From an uncultured Enterobacteriaceae bacterium (GTDB lineage Bacteria > Desulfobacterota > Binatia > Bin18), in NCBI GenBank assembly GCA_964502465.1, contig CAZCWX010000076.1, forward strand, positions 16,025 to 80,024: a stretch of DNA of 64,000 nucleotides. The letters run 5' to 3'. Position numbers and translations under genes: made by a program. Of the stretch, positions 54,681-64,000 are shown in pieces. How positions within the stretch are numbered: the stretch's first letter is position 1; every line of letters starts with the position of its first letter. The notes beneath the pieces were generated by a model that saw only the letters and a list, made by a program, of their open reading frames with translations, was not told the DNA's origin and did no database searches.

Positions 54681-55083
54681 GTAACGCTGCCAAGACTTCG
54701 ATCCGCCCACGGATCTGGTCCCGCGCGGCGCGAAATCGTTGGAGTTGCTGTTCGTGTGCTTCTTCCTCATGGCCTGCTGGGTCTGGGATTGGCCAGTGCA
54801 GCCGTGCGGCCTTACCGAGAAAGACAGGGCACACCTCCTCAGCGCAGAGGGTGATGGTGGTGTCGACGCTGGCTGGGTCAATAGTATCGACCGACTTTGC
54901 CACGTGCTTCGAGATATCAATCCCGATTTCTTTCATTACCTGTATTGCAAGTGGATTGACGCGTGTTGGGCGCGAGCCAGCGCTTTGCACGCAGACAGTG
55001 TCACCGAAAAGCTGACGCGCCAAGCCTTCGGCCATCTGACTGCGTGCCGAATTCGCCACACAGAGAAATAAGAGACGCTTCAT
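54649..55083 (-). CDS. arsC: arsenate reductase, LMW-PTPase type
   Basis: [17 protein letters not shown]-loop (CX5R-S) and downstream Cys residues (TLCAEEVCP). Confidence 0.9.
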   Translation of the reverse strand: MKRLLFLCVANSARSQMAEGLARQLFGDTVCVQSAGSRPTRVNPLAIQVMKEIGIDISKHVAKSVDTIDPASVDTTITLCAEEVCPVFLGKAARLHWPIPDPAGHEEEAHEQQLQRFRAARDQIRGRIEVLAALHTSSRGGLVH

Positions 55084-55254
55084 AGACGCTCTTTTCTATC
55101 GTTCCACGGGGAGATCTCCGCGATTTTCTGTATCTACGATCCGGACAGCGGGGTCCTGCAGAGGCGCGAAGAACCGGTCCGTGTCCGCCAACATATCCGG
55201 ACGTGCACACCCTTCATATGAGCTGGGTATTCTCCATTTTGCCCACGTTCGCCT

Positions 55255-56784
55255 TCAAGAGAAGACGTGATTTTCAGCATGACTCATTATAAGCGGAAGG
55301 GCAACGTGACGCGGCAGCCAAATGCGTACAGCAGTTCCCTGGTTCATTTGACTGTCGATACGCAAGAATCCGCCATGTGCCTGAACAATGTGTTTGACGA
55401 TAGCCAGGCCGAGCCCGGTGCCGCCGAGTTCACGCGAGCGCGCCTTGTCAACACGATAAAAACGTTGCGTAAGACGGGGAATTTCAGATGCCGGGATACC
55501 ACAGCCCGTATCTGTCACTGCAATCTCGATCCATTCTTCAGGGAAAGCGTGGTCAGTAGGTCGGAGAGAAGAACCTCGGACCTCACCGTTGCGCAGCTCC
55601 TCCTGATTCTGTACACGCACCTCGAGGCTTTGAGCCATCCTTGCCGTCACTGTCACTGTACCACCTACAGGCGTGTACTTCACGGCATTATCGATCAGGT
55701 TGATCAGCACCTGATGCAGACGGTCCCCATCTCCTGAGAGGGGTGGGAAGTCAGGTGAAAGGTCTTCGACAAGGGTCACCTGGCCTCGCTGCGCTTTCTC
55801 TTTGACCACCTCGAAGACTTCAGCGACTAACTCAGGGAGTAGCACTTCCTCGTAGCGAAGTTCGGTCTTGCCTAACTCAAGATTTGACAGGGTGAGCAAG
55901 TCTTCTATCAGCCGACTGAGGCGCTCAGAATGGCGATCGATAATCGTAAGAAAACGTCGGGCTGTTTCTGGATCTCTCAGCGCACCGTTGAGCAAGGTTT
56001 CGGCGTATCCTTTAATCGCGGTCAGGGGAGTACGGAGCTCGTGCGAAACGTTCGCCACAAAATCCGCCCGGATCGATTCGAGTCTCTTGAGCTGGGTGAT
56101 CTCGTGGAAAACCAAGACATACCCGCTTGTCGTGGTCCTGTCCTCATAAATCTGCATCGCGCTCACTTCTAAAGAGCGCGGTTTTTTATTCTCGATCTCC
56201 AGTTCTCGGGTTAATGGGTGATCAGTTGGTCGTTTGCTGGCGACTTCTCGCAGCAATTCATGCAAGGTCGGGTCGCGAGAAAATTCTTGTATTGGTTTCC
56301 CTTGCCAGTTTTTAACTGAGTTGAGGTCGAACTGATCCTGCGCGGCACGATTGCAGAGGACAACGTTGCCATCGAGGTCGATCACCACAACCCCTTCAGC
56401 CATACTTTGCAACACCGCTTCCAATTTTCTGCGCTCCCTTTGCAGGGTCCGTAAGCGTTCATGTTGCAACGTCACAAACCGCTGCAGTCCCTTTTCTAAG
56501 GCGCCGAGTTCATCTTCGTTCCATACCGGTAAGAGAGGAGGAGACTCCCCCTCTGGAGCAACAGCCATGAACTCACGCAGACCAGCAAGACGGCGTCGTA
56601 CACAGAGGCCGCCATAAATAGCGCTGACTGACGCGATCACTCCAAGTGTGACAACACCATACCAGAGGATGTCTGGACGAGGCGCTGGCGGCAGGGTAGA
56701 GAAAAACACCAGACCTACCAACGCACCCAGGGCAAAGGCAGGACAGAGAACAAGGACAAAGAGCAGGCTATTCCTCCAGCGCAT
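55255..56784 (-). CDS. phoR: phosphate-regulon sensor histidine kinase PhoR-like
   Basis: Two TM segments, a PAS-like segment, H-box SHELRTPLTAIKGY, N-box LINLIDNAVKYT and G-box GGTGLGLAIVKH. Follows phoB. Confidence 0.9.
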   Translation of the reverse strand: MRWRNSLLFVLVLCPAFALGALVGLVFFSTLPPAPRPDILWYGVVTLGVIASVSAIYGGLCVRRRLAGLREFMAVAPEGESPPLLPVWNEDELGALEKGLQRFVTLQHERLRTLQRERRKLEAVLQSMAEGVVVIDLDGNVVLCNRAAQDQFDLNSVKNWQGKPIQEFSRDPTLHELLREVASKRPTDHPLTRELEIENKKPRSLEVSAMQIYEDRTTTSGYVLVFHEITQLKRLESIRADFVANVSHELRTPLTAIKGYAETLLNGALRDPETARRFLTIIDRHSERLSRLIEDLLTLSNLELGKTELRYEEVLLPELVAEVFEVVKEKAQRGQVTLVEDLSPDFPPLSGDGDRLHQVLINLIDNAVKYTPVGGTVTVTARMAQSLEVRVQNQEELRNGEVRGSSLRPTDHAFPEEWIEIAVTDTGCGIPASEIPRLTQRFYRVDKARSRELGGTGLGLAIVKHIVQAHGGFLRIDSQMNQGTAVRIWLPRHVALPLIMSHAENHVFS

Positions 56785-57520
56785 CAGGGTTAAACTTGTA
56801 CCCGACCCCACGCACGGTCAGAATCAGTGTGGGATTCGCATCATCTCGCTCAATCCGTTGGCGTAAACGGCGAATGTGGACATCTACTGTGCGTGGCTCA
56901 ACGTATACATCTTGCCCCCATACCAGATCAAGGATTTGCGTGCGGCTAAAAACTCGATGGGGATATTGGACAAAAAACTTCAGGAGTTCAAACTCCCGCA
57001 ACCCGAGTTCGACTGAACGTCCGTCCAGGGTGGCTTCATAAGTATCGTAATCGATGCGTAAACGGCCTTTTTCGTAAAATTCATGCGGTCGATCTGGACC
57101 CTGTCCGTATGCGCGGCGCATCACCGCCTTGACCCGCGCAACAAGCTCTCGCGGGCTAAAGGGTTTGGTCACATAATCATCCGCGCCCATTTCGAGCCCA
57201 AGGATCTTGTCCACTTCAGATGCACGAGCGGTGAGGATAAGAATTGGCAGCCGCTGGGTGTCTTCTTTCGCGCGCAATAACCGGCACACCTCAAGCCCGG
57301 GCAGGCCGGGGAGCATGAGGTCAAGGATGATCAAAGCCGGACGCTCTCTGGCCGCGAGATGGAGGGCGATCTCACCGTCGCTTGCTTCGACAACCACGAA
57401 CCCTTCAGTCTCCAGGTTATAACGGACAAGATCGCGAATGTCTTTTTCATCTTCAACGATCAGGATTTTGCGTTTGATTTCGGTAACCGCCAGTTTGGTC
57501 GTCTGTGCCTGTGCTTCCAT
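56768..57520 (-). CDS. phoB: OmpR/PhoB-family response regulator
   Basis: Receiver domain (ILIVEDE, IILDLMLPG) plus winged helix (LTVRGVGYKF). Lies between phoU and phoR. Confidence 0.93.
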   Translation of the reverse strand: MEAQAQTTKLAVTEIKRKILIVEDEKDIRDLVRYNLETEGFVVVEASDGEIALHLAARERPALIILDLMLPGLPGLEVCRLLRAKEDTQRLPILILTARASEVDKILGLEMGADDYVTKPFSPRELVARVKAVMRRAYGQGPDRPHEFYEKGRLRIDYDTYEATLDGRSVELGLREFELLKFFVQYPHRVFSRTQILDLVWGQDVYVEPRTVDVHIRRLRQRIERDDANPTLILTVRGVGYKFNPDALEE

Positions 57521-57584
57521 GGATCTCCTTCGTTATAGGCAGCTTTCAGCCTTACCTCTGCGAGGGGGTATTGAGCCCTATGCT

Positions 57585-58268
57585 TTAGACTGAGGTGGGT
57601 GGAGGAGTGATGTGCCGGATGCTTTTCCCTTTGGCTAAGAAGATGACCATTTCGGCAATGTTTGTCGCATGGTCAGCGATCCGCTCTAAATACTTGGCGA
57701 TGAATAAAGTACGGGTGGCGCGGGCCACGCTTTGCGGGTCTTGGGCCATAAAGGTCAACACATCGTCGAAAGTCTTGGCAGTGAGGTTATCAATGTAGTC
57801 GTCCCGTTGGCACACGCGCAACGCCAATTCATGGTCTTCACGAACAAAGGCATCAAGGCTGTCTCGTAACATAGAACGGGCCCACTCAGCCATATGCGGC
57901 AGATCGACGTTGAGTTTGACCGGAGGCTCTTGGTTGAGCTCGATCGCACGTTCACAGATATTTTGCGCGATATCACCGATGCGTTCGAGATCGGTCGTGA
58001 TCTTCGTGCTGGTCATAATCAGGCGCAGATCGCGGGCTGCCGGCTGATGCAGCGCAACCAGGCGAGTGCAGGCTTCGTCTACGGCCACATCAAGGTAATT
58101 CACCATATGGTCACGCTCAATAATCGCGCGTGCCTCTGCCGAGTCGCGCCTGGTCAGGGCGTCCATCGCATCGGTGATCTGTTTCTCGACTAAGCCGCCC
58201 ATCTCCAGAAGTTTCGCCCGGAGTTGCTGCAGTTCTTCTTCGTATTGTTTATCTGTATGCAACGGCAT
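57585..58268 (-). CDS. phoU: phosphate signalling complex protein PhoU
   Basis: Two PhoU repeats (E..D..ID; DLERIGDIAQNI / YLERIADHATNIAE). Confidence 0.95.
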   Translation of the reverse strand: MPLHTDKQYEEELQQLRAKLLEMGGLVEKQITDAMDALTRRDSAEARAIIERDHMVNYLDVAVDEACTRLVALHQPAARDLRLIMTSTKITTDLERIGDIAQNICERAIELNQEPPVKLNVDLPHMAEWARSMLRDSLDAFVREDHELALRVCQRDDYIDNLTAKTFDDVLTFMAQDPQSVARATRTLFIAKYLERIADHATNIAEMVIFLAKGKSIRHITPPPTSV

Positions 58269-58284
58269 GGTGGTCTCCTTACGT

Positions 58285-59148
58285 TTAGCCGAACCTGCCA
58301 GTGATGTAGTCTTCTGTTTCCTGCTTCTCCGGGGTGGTAAACAATTTTTCCGTACTCCCGAATTCTATCAAGCGACCGAGATACATGAAAGCTGTGTAGT
58401 CAGAGACTCGCGCCGCTTGCTGCATGTTATGCGTAACGATCACGATGGTGTAATATTTTTTTAACTCATGGATGAGTTCTTCAATTTTCGCAGTAGCAAT
58501 CGGGTCCAGAGCGGAGCAGGGCTCATCCATGAGGACTACTTGGGGCTCCACCGCGATCGTCCGCGCAATACACAGACGCTGATGCTGGCCACCAGACAGG
58601 GCAAGCGCGTTGTCATGCAGACGCTCTTTCGCCTCCTCCCATAATGCCGCATTTTTGAGACTACGCTCGACAATCTCATCCAGGCGTGCCCTGTTGTTGA
58701 TGCCAAGAATGCGTGGGCCATATGCGACATTTTCATAAATGGTCTTGGGAAAAGGGTTGGGCTTCTGAAACACCATACCGACCCGCTTGCGTAGGTCGGT
58801 GACATCAACAGTCTGGCCGAGAATTTCCTGGCCAGCCATCGTAATACTTCCTGTAATCCTCACCCCCTCAACCAAGTCGTTGAGCCGATTGAGACAACGG
58901 ATCAGGGTCGACTTGCCGCACCCAGAGGGGCCAATAAAGGCAGTCACCTGGTTGCGAGCAATGTCCATATTGATGTTTTCCAGCGCCATCTTGTCTCCGT
59001 AGTAGAGACAGAGGTCGCGGATCTCAATCTCTGGCACGCCAGAGGGGAGTATGGTCGAACGGTCCTGGCCGTTGCCTTGCTCCGTCTGGCGGCGCAACAA
59101 AGAAACCGCGTGGGTTGGTGTTGGGGTACTTTTCTCCATACTATCCAT
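58285..59148 (-). CDS. pstB: phosphate ABC transporter ATP-binding protein
   Basis: [22 protein letters not shown] and [11 protein letters not shown] motifs. Confidence 0.96.
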   Translation of the reverse strand: MDSMEKSTPTPTHAVSLLRRQTEQGNGQDRSTILPSGVPEIEIRDLCLYYGDKMALENINMDIARNQVTAFIGPSGCGKSTLIRCLNRLNDLVEGVRITGSITMAGQEILGQTVDVTDLRKRVGMVFQKPNPFPKTIYENVAYGPRILGINNRARLDEIVERSLKNAALWEEAKERLHDNALALSGGQHQRLCIARTIAVEPQVVLMDEPCSALDPIATAKIEELIHELKKYYTIVIVTHNMQQAARVSDYTAFMYLGRLIEFGSTEKLFTTPEKQETEDYITGRFG

Positions 59149-59160
59149 CCTCTTTTTTAT

Positions 59161-60792
59161 TTAGAACGTGCCGAAGCGCAATTTCCTGCGCAGACGGTTA
59201 CGAAAGTAGATCGCAGCCAGATTGAGGACAATGATAACCACGATGAGCAACAATGTAGTGATGTATACCATAGGTTTTGCCGCTTCAACGTTTGGCGATT
59301 GAAACCCGACATCATAGATGTGAAAGCCCAGGTGCATGAATTTTCGTTCAAGGTGCAGGAACGGCCAGTGCGAATCCAGCGGCAAGTTCGGCGCGAGTTT
59401 GACGACGCCGGTAATCATCAGAGGAGCGACCTCTCCTGCACCTCTGGCCATCGCCAGGATCATACCGGTGAGGATCCCTGGCAGGGCGCCAGGCAAGACA
59501 ATCTTGCGAATCGTTTCCCACTTGGTTGCCCCAACGGCTAATGACCCCTCTCGCCACTCTCGCGGAATCGAGGCCAGCGATTCTTCCGTTGCCACAATGA
59601 CGACCGGAACAGTCAACAACGCCAGGGTGAGGGAGGCCCAGAGGATTCCCCCGGTGCCGTATGTTGGCGTTGGCAGCGCTTCGGGATAGAAGAACGTGTC
59701 AATGGTTCCCCCAATCAGGTAGACGAAAAAACCGAGGCCAAAAACGCCGAAGACAATAGAGGGCACGCCGGCGAGATTATTGACCGCGATCCGCACCGCG
59801 CGTACCAGTGGTCCCTGCTTAGCGTACTCCTGCAGATACAGAGCGGCAATCACACCAAACGGCACTACAACGATACTCATGAGAATGACCATCATCACTG
59901 TGCCGAAAATAGCCGGGAACACGCCACCCTCGGTGTTGGACTCGCGTGGGTCGTCCCAGACAAATTCCCAGAATCTGGTCAGATAGAGCCCTAAGCGCTG
60001 TGTCCAACTCATGTCGTTGGGCAGATACGCGCGCACGACCTCAGCGATTGGTAAGTCTTTTTCGCGTCCACCCGCCGCTTCGACAATGATACGGTAGCGG
60101 GCATTTTCTGCAGCCAAGGTGCGCCGCTCCGCGGCTTTCTCGTTGTAGCGTTCTTGCCACACGGCGATGTCCTTTTCGAGGGCAGCAATCCGTTGCGCGG
60201 CCCGTTGCGGGTCGCGCTCCTCCATCCCCACGCGTCTGATGGCCAGCCGCAATCGTTCAAGATTATAGTTGATATCGCCGATCTCTTTCTTCTCGATATA
60301 ACGGATGCGAGCGAGCGTTGCTTGAGTGCGCGGATGAATCTCCTGGAACGCCTGCCAACTCTCGGCGGACCCGGTGGCCACGACCTGACCATCTTCACGG
60401 ACCTCTTTGAGAAAGCCGAACAGCGGCCCCCACTCCCAGCGGGCAAAGTAGATGGCATCCGGCGGATAACTGCGGCTGACGATCTGATCATTGTCGATCC
60501 AGCGAAAATCCGCGCCATAGAGGTCGCGGTTGCCCACTTGAAACTGAGTGCGATAGCGTGGTGCGCCCTCTTGGGTCAACAAGTGGGGAATTTCTTCGTG
60601 CACCCGGACAATCCCCATCGTGACACTGCCATCGTGCAGGGTAGCCATCTCCATGGTTGTCGGCCAGAAGAAACCCAAGGCATTGACACCGATCACCCAG
60701 AGCAACGACACAATCATAATCAGGCCGAAGCCCAGGGCTCCGCCTGTCAGCCAGATAAACGGGTCTCCACTTTTCCAAAAACCTTTGAGCAC
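59161..60792 (-). CDS. pstA: phosphate ABC transporter permease PstA (long form)
   Basis: Permease core with AVGATKWETIRKIVLPGALPG. An extra region of about 250 aa after TM1 includes a coiled-coil-like stretch. Confidence 0.92.
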   Translation of the reverse strand: MLKGFWKSGDPFIWLTGGALGFGLIMIVSLLWVIGVNALGFFWPTTMEMATLHDGSVTMGIVRVHEEIPHLLTQEGAPRYRTQFQVGNRDLYGADFRWIDNDQIVSRSYPPDAIYFARWEWGPLFGFLKEVREDGQVVATGSAESWQAFQEIHPRTQATLARIRYIEKKEIGDINYNLERLRLAIRRVGMEERDPQRAAQRIAALEKDIAVWQERYNEKAAERRTLAAENARYRIIVEAAGGREKDLPIAEVVRAYLPNDMSWTQRLGLYLTRFWEFVWDDPRESNTEGGVFPAIFGTVMMVILMSIVVVPFGVIAALYLQEYAKQGPLVRAVRIAVNNLAGVPSIVFGVFGLGFFVYLIGGTIDTFFYPEALPTPTYGTGGILWASLTLALLTVPVVIVATEESLASIPREWREGSLAVGATKWETIRKIVLPGALPGILTGMILAMARGAGEVAPLMITGVVKLAPNLPLDSHWPFLHLERKFMHLGFHIYDVGFQSPNVEAAKPMVYITTLLLIVVIIVLNLAAIYFRNRLRRKLRFGTF

Positions 60793-60806
60793 GGGATCAC
60801 CTCACT

Positions 60807-63158
60807 TCAAACGCGGCTGTAGCGCTCGCGCAACCGTTGGCGCACGATTTCCGCGGCCGTGTTGACGATGAAGGTCAGGATAAACAGGAGCAAGGCGGCC
60901 AGGAACAACACGCGGTACAAGGTGCCGCCGTGTGGTGCTTCCGGAATCTCCACGGCGATATTGGCCGACAGGGCACGGAACCCATTGAATGGGCTAAAGT
61001 CCATCACCGGCGTGTTGCCGGTCGCCATCAGCACAATCATCGTCTCGCCTACGGCGCGGCCAAAGCCAATCATGATCGCCGAGAACACCCCAGGACTGGC
61101 GGTTGGCATCACCACCCGCAGCGCAGTCTGCCAGCGGGTTGCCCCGAGCGCCAGCGACCCCGAGATCAGATGTTGCGGGACGTTCGAGAAGGCATCTTCA
61201 CAGATAGTGTAAATAATCGGGATGACGGCAAACCCCATGGCAAAGCCGACGACCATGGAATTACGTGGGTCATAGCGCATGCCGGTCGTGTCGAAGAGCC
61301 ACTGGGGAAAATTGCCATTGAAAAAGAAGGCCTCTATGGTGCCATTGAAGCTCACACAGGCATAGACGGTGAGCACCAGCACTGGGCACAGAACGGCAAG
61401 CTCTGAGCCGGATTTGAGCACGAGACGTATCGAGAGTGGGATCAAGCGCCACAGAAACGCCGCAAGCAGGGTCATCGTTGGCAAAGCAAAAAACATCAGG
61501 AACACCGCCGGAACGATCTGTTCCACCAACGGCGCGAGCCACAGCCCGGCAAAAAACCCCAACACAACGCTGGGCAAGGCCGCCATGATCTCCATCGACG
61601 GTTTAATGAGATTGCGCAGGGTGGGATGGAGAAATTGCGAGGTATAAATCGCCGCACAGATACTGATGGGCACAGCGAGCAACAGCGCGTAAAAGGTGCC
61701 CTTGAGCGTGCCATAGGCGAGTGGGGTGAGACTGAATTTCGCTTCGAAGTCATCAGTCCCGCCGGTGGATTGCCAGGTGTATTCTGGCTGTTCGTAGCCT
61801 TCGTACCACACCTTGCCAAAGAGGGTTTTCAGCGTGATCTCTGGATGTGGGTTGCGCAGCTTCCAGCGGAAGAACTCTCCTTCAGTATTTGTGGCCACAA
61901 GGCCATCTGCCTTCGGCGCAAACGCCAGCAACGGAATGGGGTGGGCATCCGTGGGCAGTTGCAGCAAGGTTTGCTCGGAGGTGCTGTGCTGTAGCATAAC
62001 GGTGCCAGCAGCATCGGCGGACAGGAACCCTTTGTCACGCGGCGACGTGGCAAAGGCAGTGACCGGAGCGCTGTGGGGGAGAAATTGGTGGACCCGGCGG
62101 TACGGAAGTTTGGTCGGGTCTTTTTGGTCTCGTATCTGAAACCAAATATTCACACCACCGGCCGTATCCCCAACGATCAAAGACCGGTCGCCAAGGACCC
62201 ACCCCAGGGCACTAATGCCGGCACCGGGAGCGGTGGCTGCAGCGAAGGTTTCCATAAACTGTGGATGTTCGGGATTGTCGATATGCCAATGCAAGACCTC
62301 ACCAGTTGCCGTGCCAACTAAGAGATTTAATTGAAAGCGATCAAAGGCTACGGCCGTGACATCTGCCGTCAGCTCAGCAGAGAGCTCGAGATGATGCTCT
62401 TGCACTGGCGCCGGTCCAATGAGAGTGCGACGTGCTCGTTGCGCGAGGAAGAACAGTCGGCGTGGACCAGTCAGCGCGGCGGTGGAGGTTTTGCCTCCGT
62501 CCTTTCGATACACGAGCCCGGTGATCGCCTGGCCGGCTGGATCGAGACGAAGCGGCTCTTGTTCGTCCACTGTTGGGATACTCGTGCGTTTCCCCTCTGG
62601 AAAGGTAACGACAAAATTGATGACCAGTGGAATGACCAGACCATCGGTCGTACCAACTGCGACAATGTGGTCAATGCCGTTTGTGTACGCCACGGTTGGG
62701 CTGCGCTCTTGTAAAGCATTGATAGTATAGCGGTGTATGAGGCTATTGTCGTGCAGTGAGAAGAAATCGACAGTTCCAGCGCTGGTCACGACATAGGCAA
62801 TCTCCTGGTATTCTTCTATCCCAACGGCCAGAGGGCGATCACTGGCAGTAGAGAGACCAGGGAGACCTGCAGCCGCCGCCGGCTGATCGGCTGCTTCGAT
62901 GAGCGGCAGCAGATCGATAGTCTCCTGTGGCGTCGCCACCGCTGGCAGGAGCAGGGGCAACACTTCAGCGACAATCACGATAAGGATTGCGACAATGCTG
63001 GCGATCGTGACCAGACCACCGGCAGTGATAAAAACGGTCGCACCTTTATCTGCCAGTTTCTTGCGTTGTACCCGGCTCTTGTCCTCGGCGGTGGACAGGC
63101 GCGGCTCGCCTTGCTGCGGAGCCGCCTCCTGCTCCTCGACCTGCTGCATATCCGACAT
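60807..63158 (-). CDS. pstC: phosphate ABC transporter permease PstC (long form with large periplasmic insert)
   Basis: Permease core with ALGATRWQTALRVVMPTASPG. An insert of about 400 aa after TM1 shows repeated beta-propeller-like ...G..DG.V..W units. Confidence 0.9.
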   Translation of the reverse strand: MSDMQQVEEQEAAPQQGEPRLSTAEDKSRVQRKKLADKGATVFITAGGLVTIASIVAILIVIVAEVLPLLLPAVATPQETIDLLPLIEAADQPAAAAGLPGLSTASDRPLAVGIEEYQEIAYVVTSAGTVDFFSLHDNSLIHRYTINALQERSPTVAYTNGIDHIVAVGTTDGLVIPLVINFVVTFPEGKRTSIPTVDEQEPLRLDPAGQAITGLVYRKDGGKTSTAALTGPRRLFFLAQRARRTLIGPAPVQEHHLELSAELTADVTAVAFDRFQLNLLVGTATGEVLHWHIDNPEHPQFMETFAAATAPGAGISALGWVLGDRSLIVGDTAGGVNIWFQIRDQKDPTKLPYRRVHQFLPHSAPVTAFATSPRDKGFLSADAAGTVMLQHSTSEQTLLQLPTDAHPIPLLAFAPKADGLVATNTEGEFFRWKLRNPHPEITLKTLFGKVWYEGYEQPEYTWQSTGGTDDFEAKFSLTPLAYGTLKGTFYALLLAVPISICAAIYTSQFLHPTLRNLIKPSMEIMAALPSVVLGFFAGLWLAPLVEQIVPAVFLMFFALPTMTLLAAFLWRLIPLSIRLVLKSGSELAVLCPVLVLTVYACVSFNGTIEAFFFNGNFPQWLFDTTGMRYDPRNSMVVGFAMGFAVIPIIYTICEDAFSNVPQHLISGSLALGATRWQTALRVVMPTASPGVFSAIMIGFGRAVGETMIVLMATGNTPVMDFSPFNGFRALSANIAVEIPEAPHGGTLYRVLFLAALLLFILTFIVNTAAEIVRQRLRERYSRV

Positions 63159-63170
63159 ATCTTATCCTTA

Positions 63171-63213
63171 AAAAAAAAGGAGGGGAGCCAGGTGATCCAG
63201 CGGCCTCCCCTCC
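63171..63213 (-). terminator. intra-operon hairpin/terminator between pstS and pstC
   Basis: On the minus strand, GGAGGGGAG...CTCCCCTCC (9-bp GC-rich stem plus 2 further bp) is followed by T8. Lies 30 nt after the pstS stop. Confidence 0.7.
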
Positions 63214-63242
63214 CGTAGGTTGATGTTACTTCATCGAAGGAG

Positions 63243-64000
63243 TTACTCGATAAGGGCGAGCTGTTGTTTGGCCAGTTCCGCCGTCAGCGGGTAGTAGCCG
63301 TCCTTTACCACTACTTCCTGCCCTTCTTTGCTGAAGACGAATTTTGCGAACTCTCTCATCAACGGGGCGAGCGGTTGATTGGGTGACTTGTTGATATACA
63401 CATACAGGAGGCGACTGAGCGGATAGTTGCCACCTATGACGTTCTCATAGTTTGCTGGATAAAAGGTTTCCCCTGCTTTTGCCGCGAGGGGGACGGCACG
63501 CACGCCAGAGGTCATGTAGCCGATGCCGCTGTAGCCAGCGCCATTGCGGTCCTCGCTTACCCCCTGCACGACCGAGGCTGAGCCTGGTTGCTCTTTTACC
63601 TCATCTCTGTAATCCCCGTTACAGAGCGCGACCTCTTTGAAAAAGCCATAAGTGCCGGAGGCGGAGTTCCGGCCATACAGGCTGATCGGTGCGTTGGCCC
63701 ACGTGCCATCGAGACCGGATTCTCCCCAGATGGAGACGCTTTTTACCTCACCGCAACGGCGGGTCTTGGAGAAGATGGCATCGACCTGCTGCATGGTCAG
63801 TCCTTGAATGGGGTTGTCTTTGTGGACGTACACCGCCAACGAGTCGAGTGCGGTACCCAACGCCGTTGGTTTATGGCCGTATTTTTTCTCGAAAGCATCG
63901 ATCTCGGTGCCGCGCATTTCCCGCGACATGGGGCCGAGCTGCGCGGTGCCCTCGATGAGGGCTGGTGGGGCGGTGCTGGAGCCTTTGCCTTCGATCTGGA
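63243..64000 (-). CDS. pstS: phosphate-binding protein PstS (5' end beyond window)
   Basis: The frame stays open to the window edge (..[28 protein letters not shown]..). PBP-like motifs GSASVVQGV. Heads the pstSCAB operon. Confidence 0.9.
   Translation of the reverse strand, partial: QIEGKGSSTAPPALIEGTAQLGPMSREMRGTEIDAFEKKYGHKPTALGTALDSLAVYVHKDNPIQGLTMQQVDAIFSKTRRCGEVKSVSIWGESGLDGTWANAPISLYGRNSASGTYGFFKEVALCNGDYRDEVKEQPGSASVVQGVSEDRNGAGYSGIGYMTSGVRAVPLAAKAGETFYPANYENVIGGNYPLSRLLYVYINKSPNQPLAPLMREFAKFVFSKEGQEVVVKDGYYPLTAELAKQQLALIE

Noticed and set aside
54399-54854. A 151-aa + ORF across the arsC/VOC region.
   Set aside because: It starts inside the 54406-54436 hairpin, is antisense to arsC, and has no motif.
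60154-61406. 222-aa and 189-aa + ORFs antisense to pstA and pstC.
   Set aside because: These are shadow ORFs within motif-supported permease genes.

Overview
This is a 64-kb, densely coding chromosomal segment from a diderm bacterium (BamD, LspA and OmpA-type lipoproteins) of moderate GC. I cannot fix the lineage from sequence alone. All calls come from motif recognition by eye and the supplied ORF track; no database search or computation was run. The roughly 60 genes are mostly housekeeping: atpAGDC (atpA cut by the 5' window edge), rplU-rpmA-obg-proB-proA-nadD-rsfS, fabF-fabH, ileS-lspA, moeA-purE-murF, cca, prfC, and a complete pstSCAB-phoU-phoBR block (pstS cut by the 3' edge). I recognised no rRNA, tRNA, CRISPR array, transposase, integrase or phage gene. 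Five loci stand out. (1) At 42.3-44.9 kb, a Sec-signal-peptide 6-Cys precursor plus DUF692 (MNIO) plus DUF2063 form a bufferin/HvfABC-type metal-binding RiPP operon with an atypical fourth gene. (2) At 24.0-30.3 kb, a seven-gene protein-thiocarboxylate sulfur-assimilation cluster carries CysO/CysM, a Zn-ribbon ThrC homologue, a stand-alone NIL protein and a PAPSS-ordered APS kinase/ATP sulfurylase fusion. It also holds two ThiF/MoeB paralogues with complementary defects, which suggests a bacterial heterodimeric E1. (3) Two translationally coupled ArsA/Get3-like ATPases sit behind fabF-fabH. (4) A ParA-like ATPase has an N-terminal TM anchor and a small downstream ORF. (5) At 52.7-55.1 kb, a small decaying accessory patch contains histidine-kinase, prs and VOC remnants, an AT-rich ORF and arsC.
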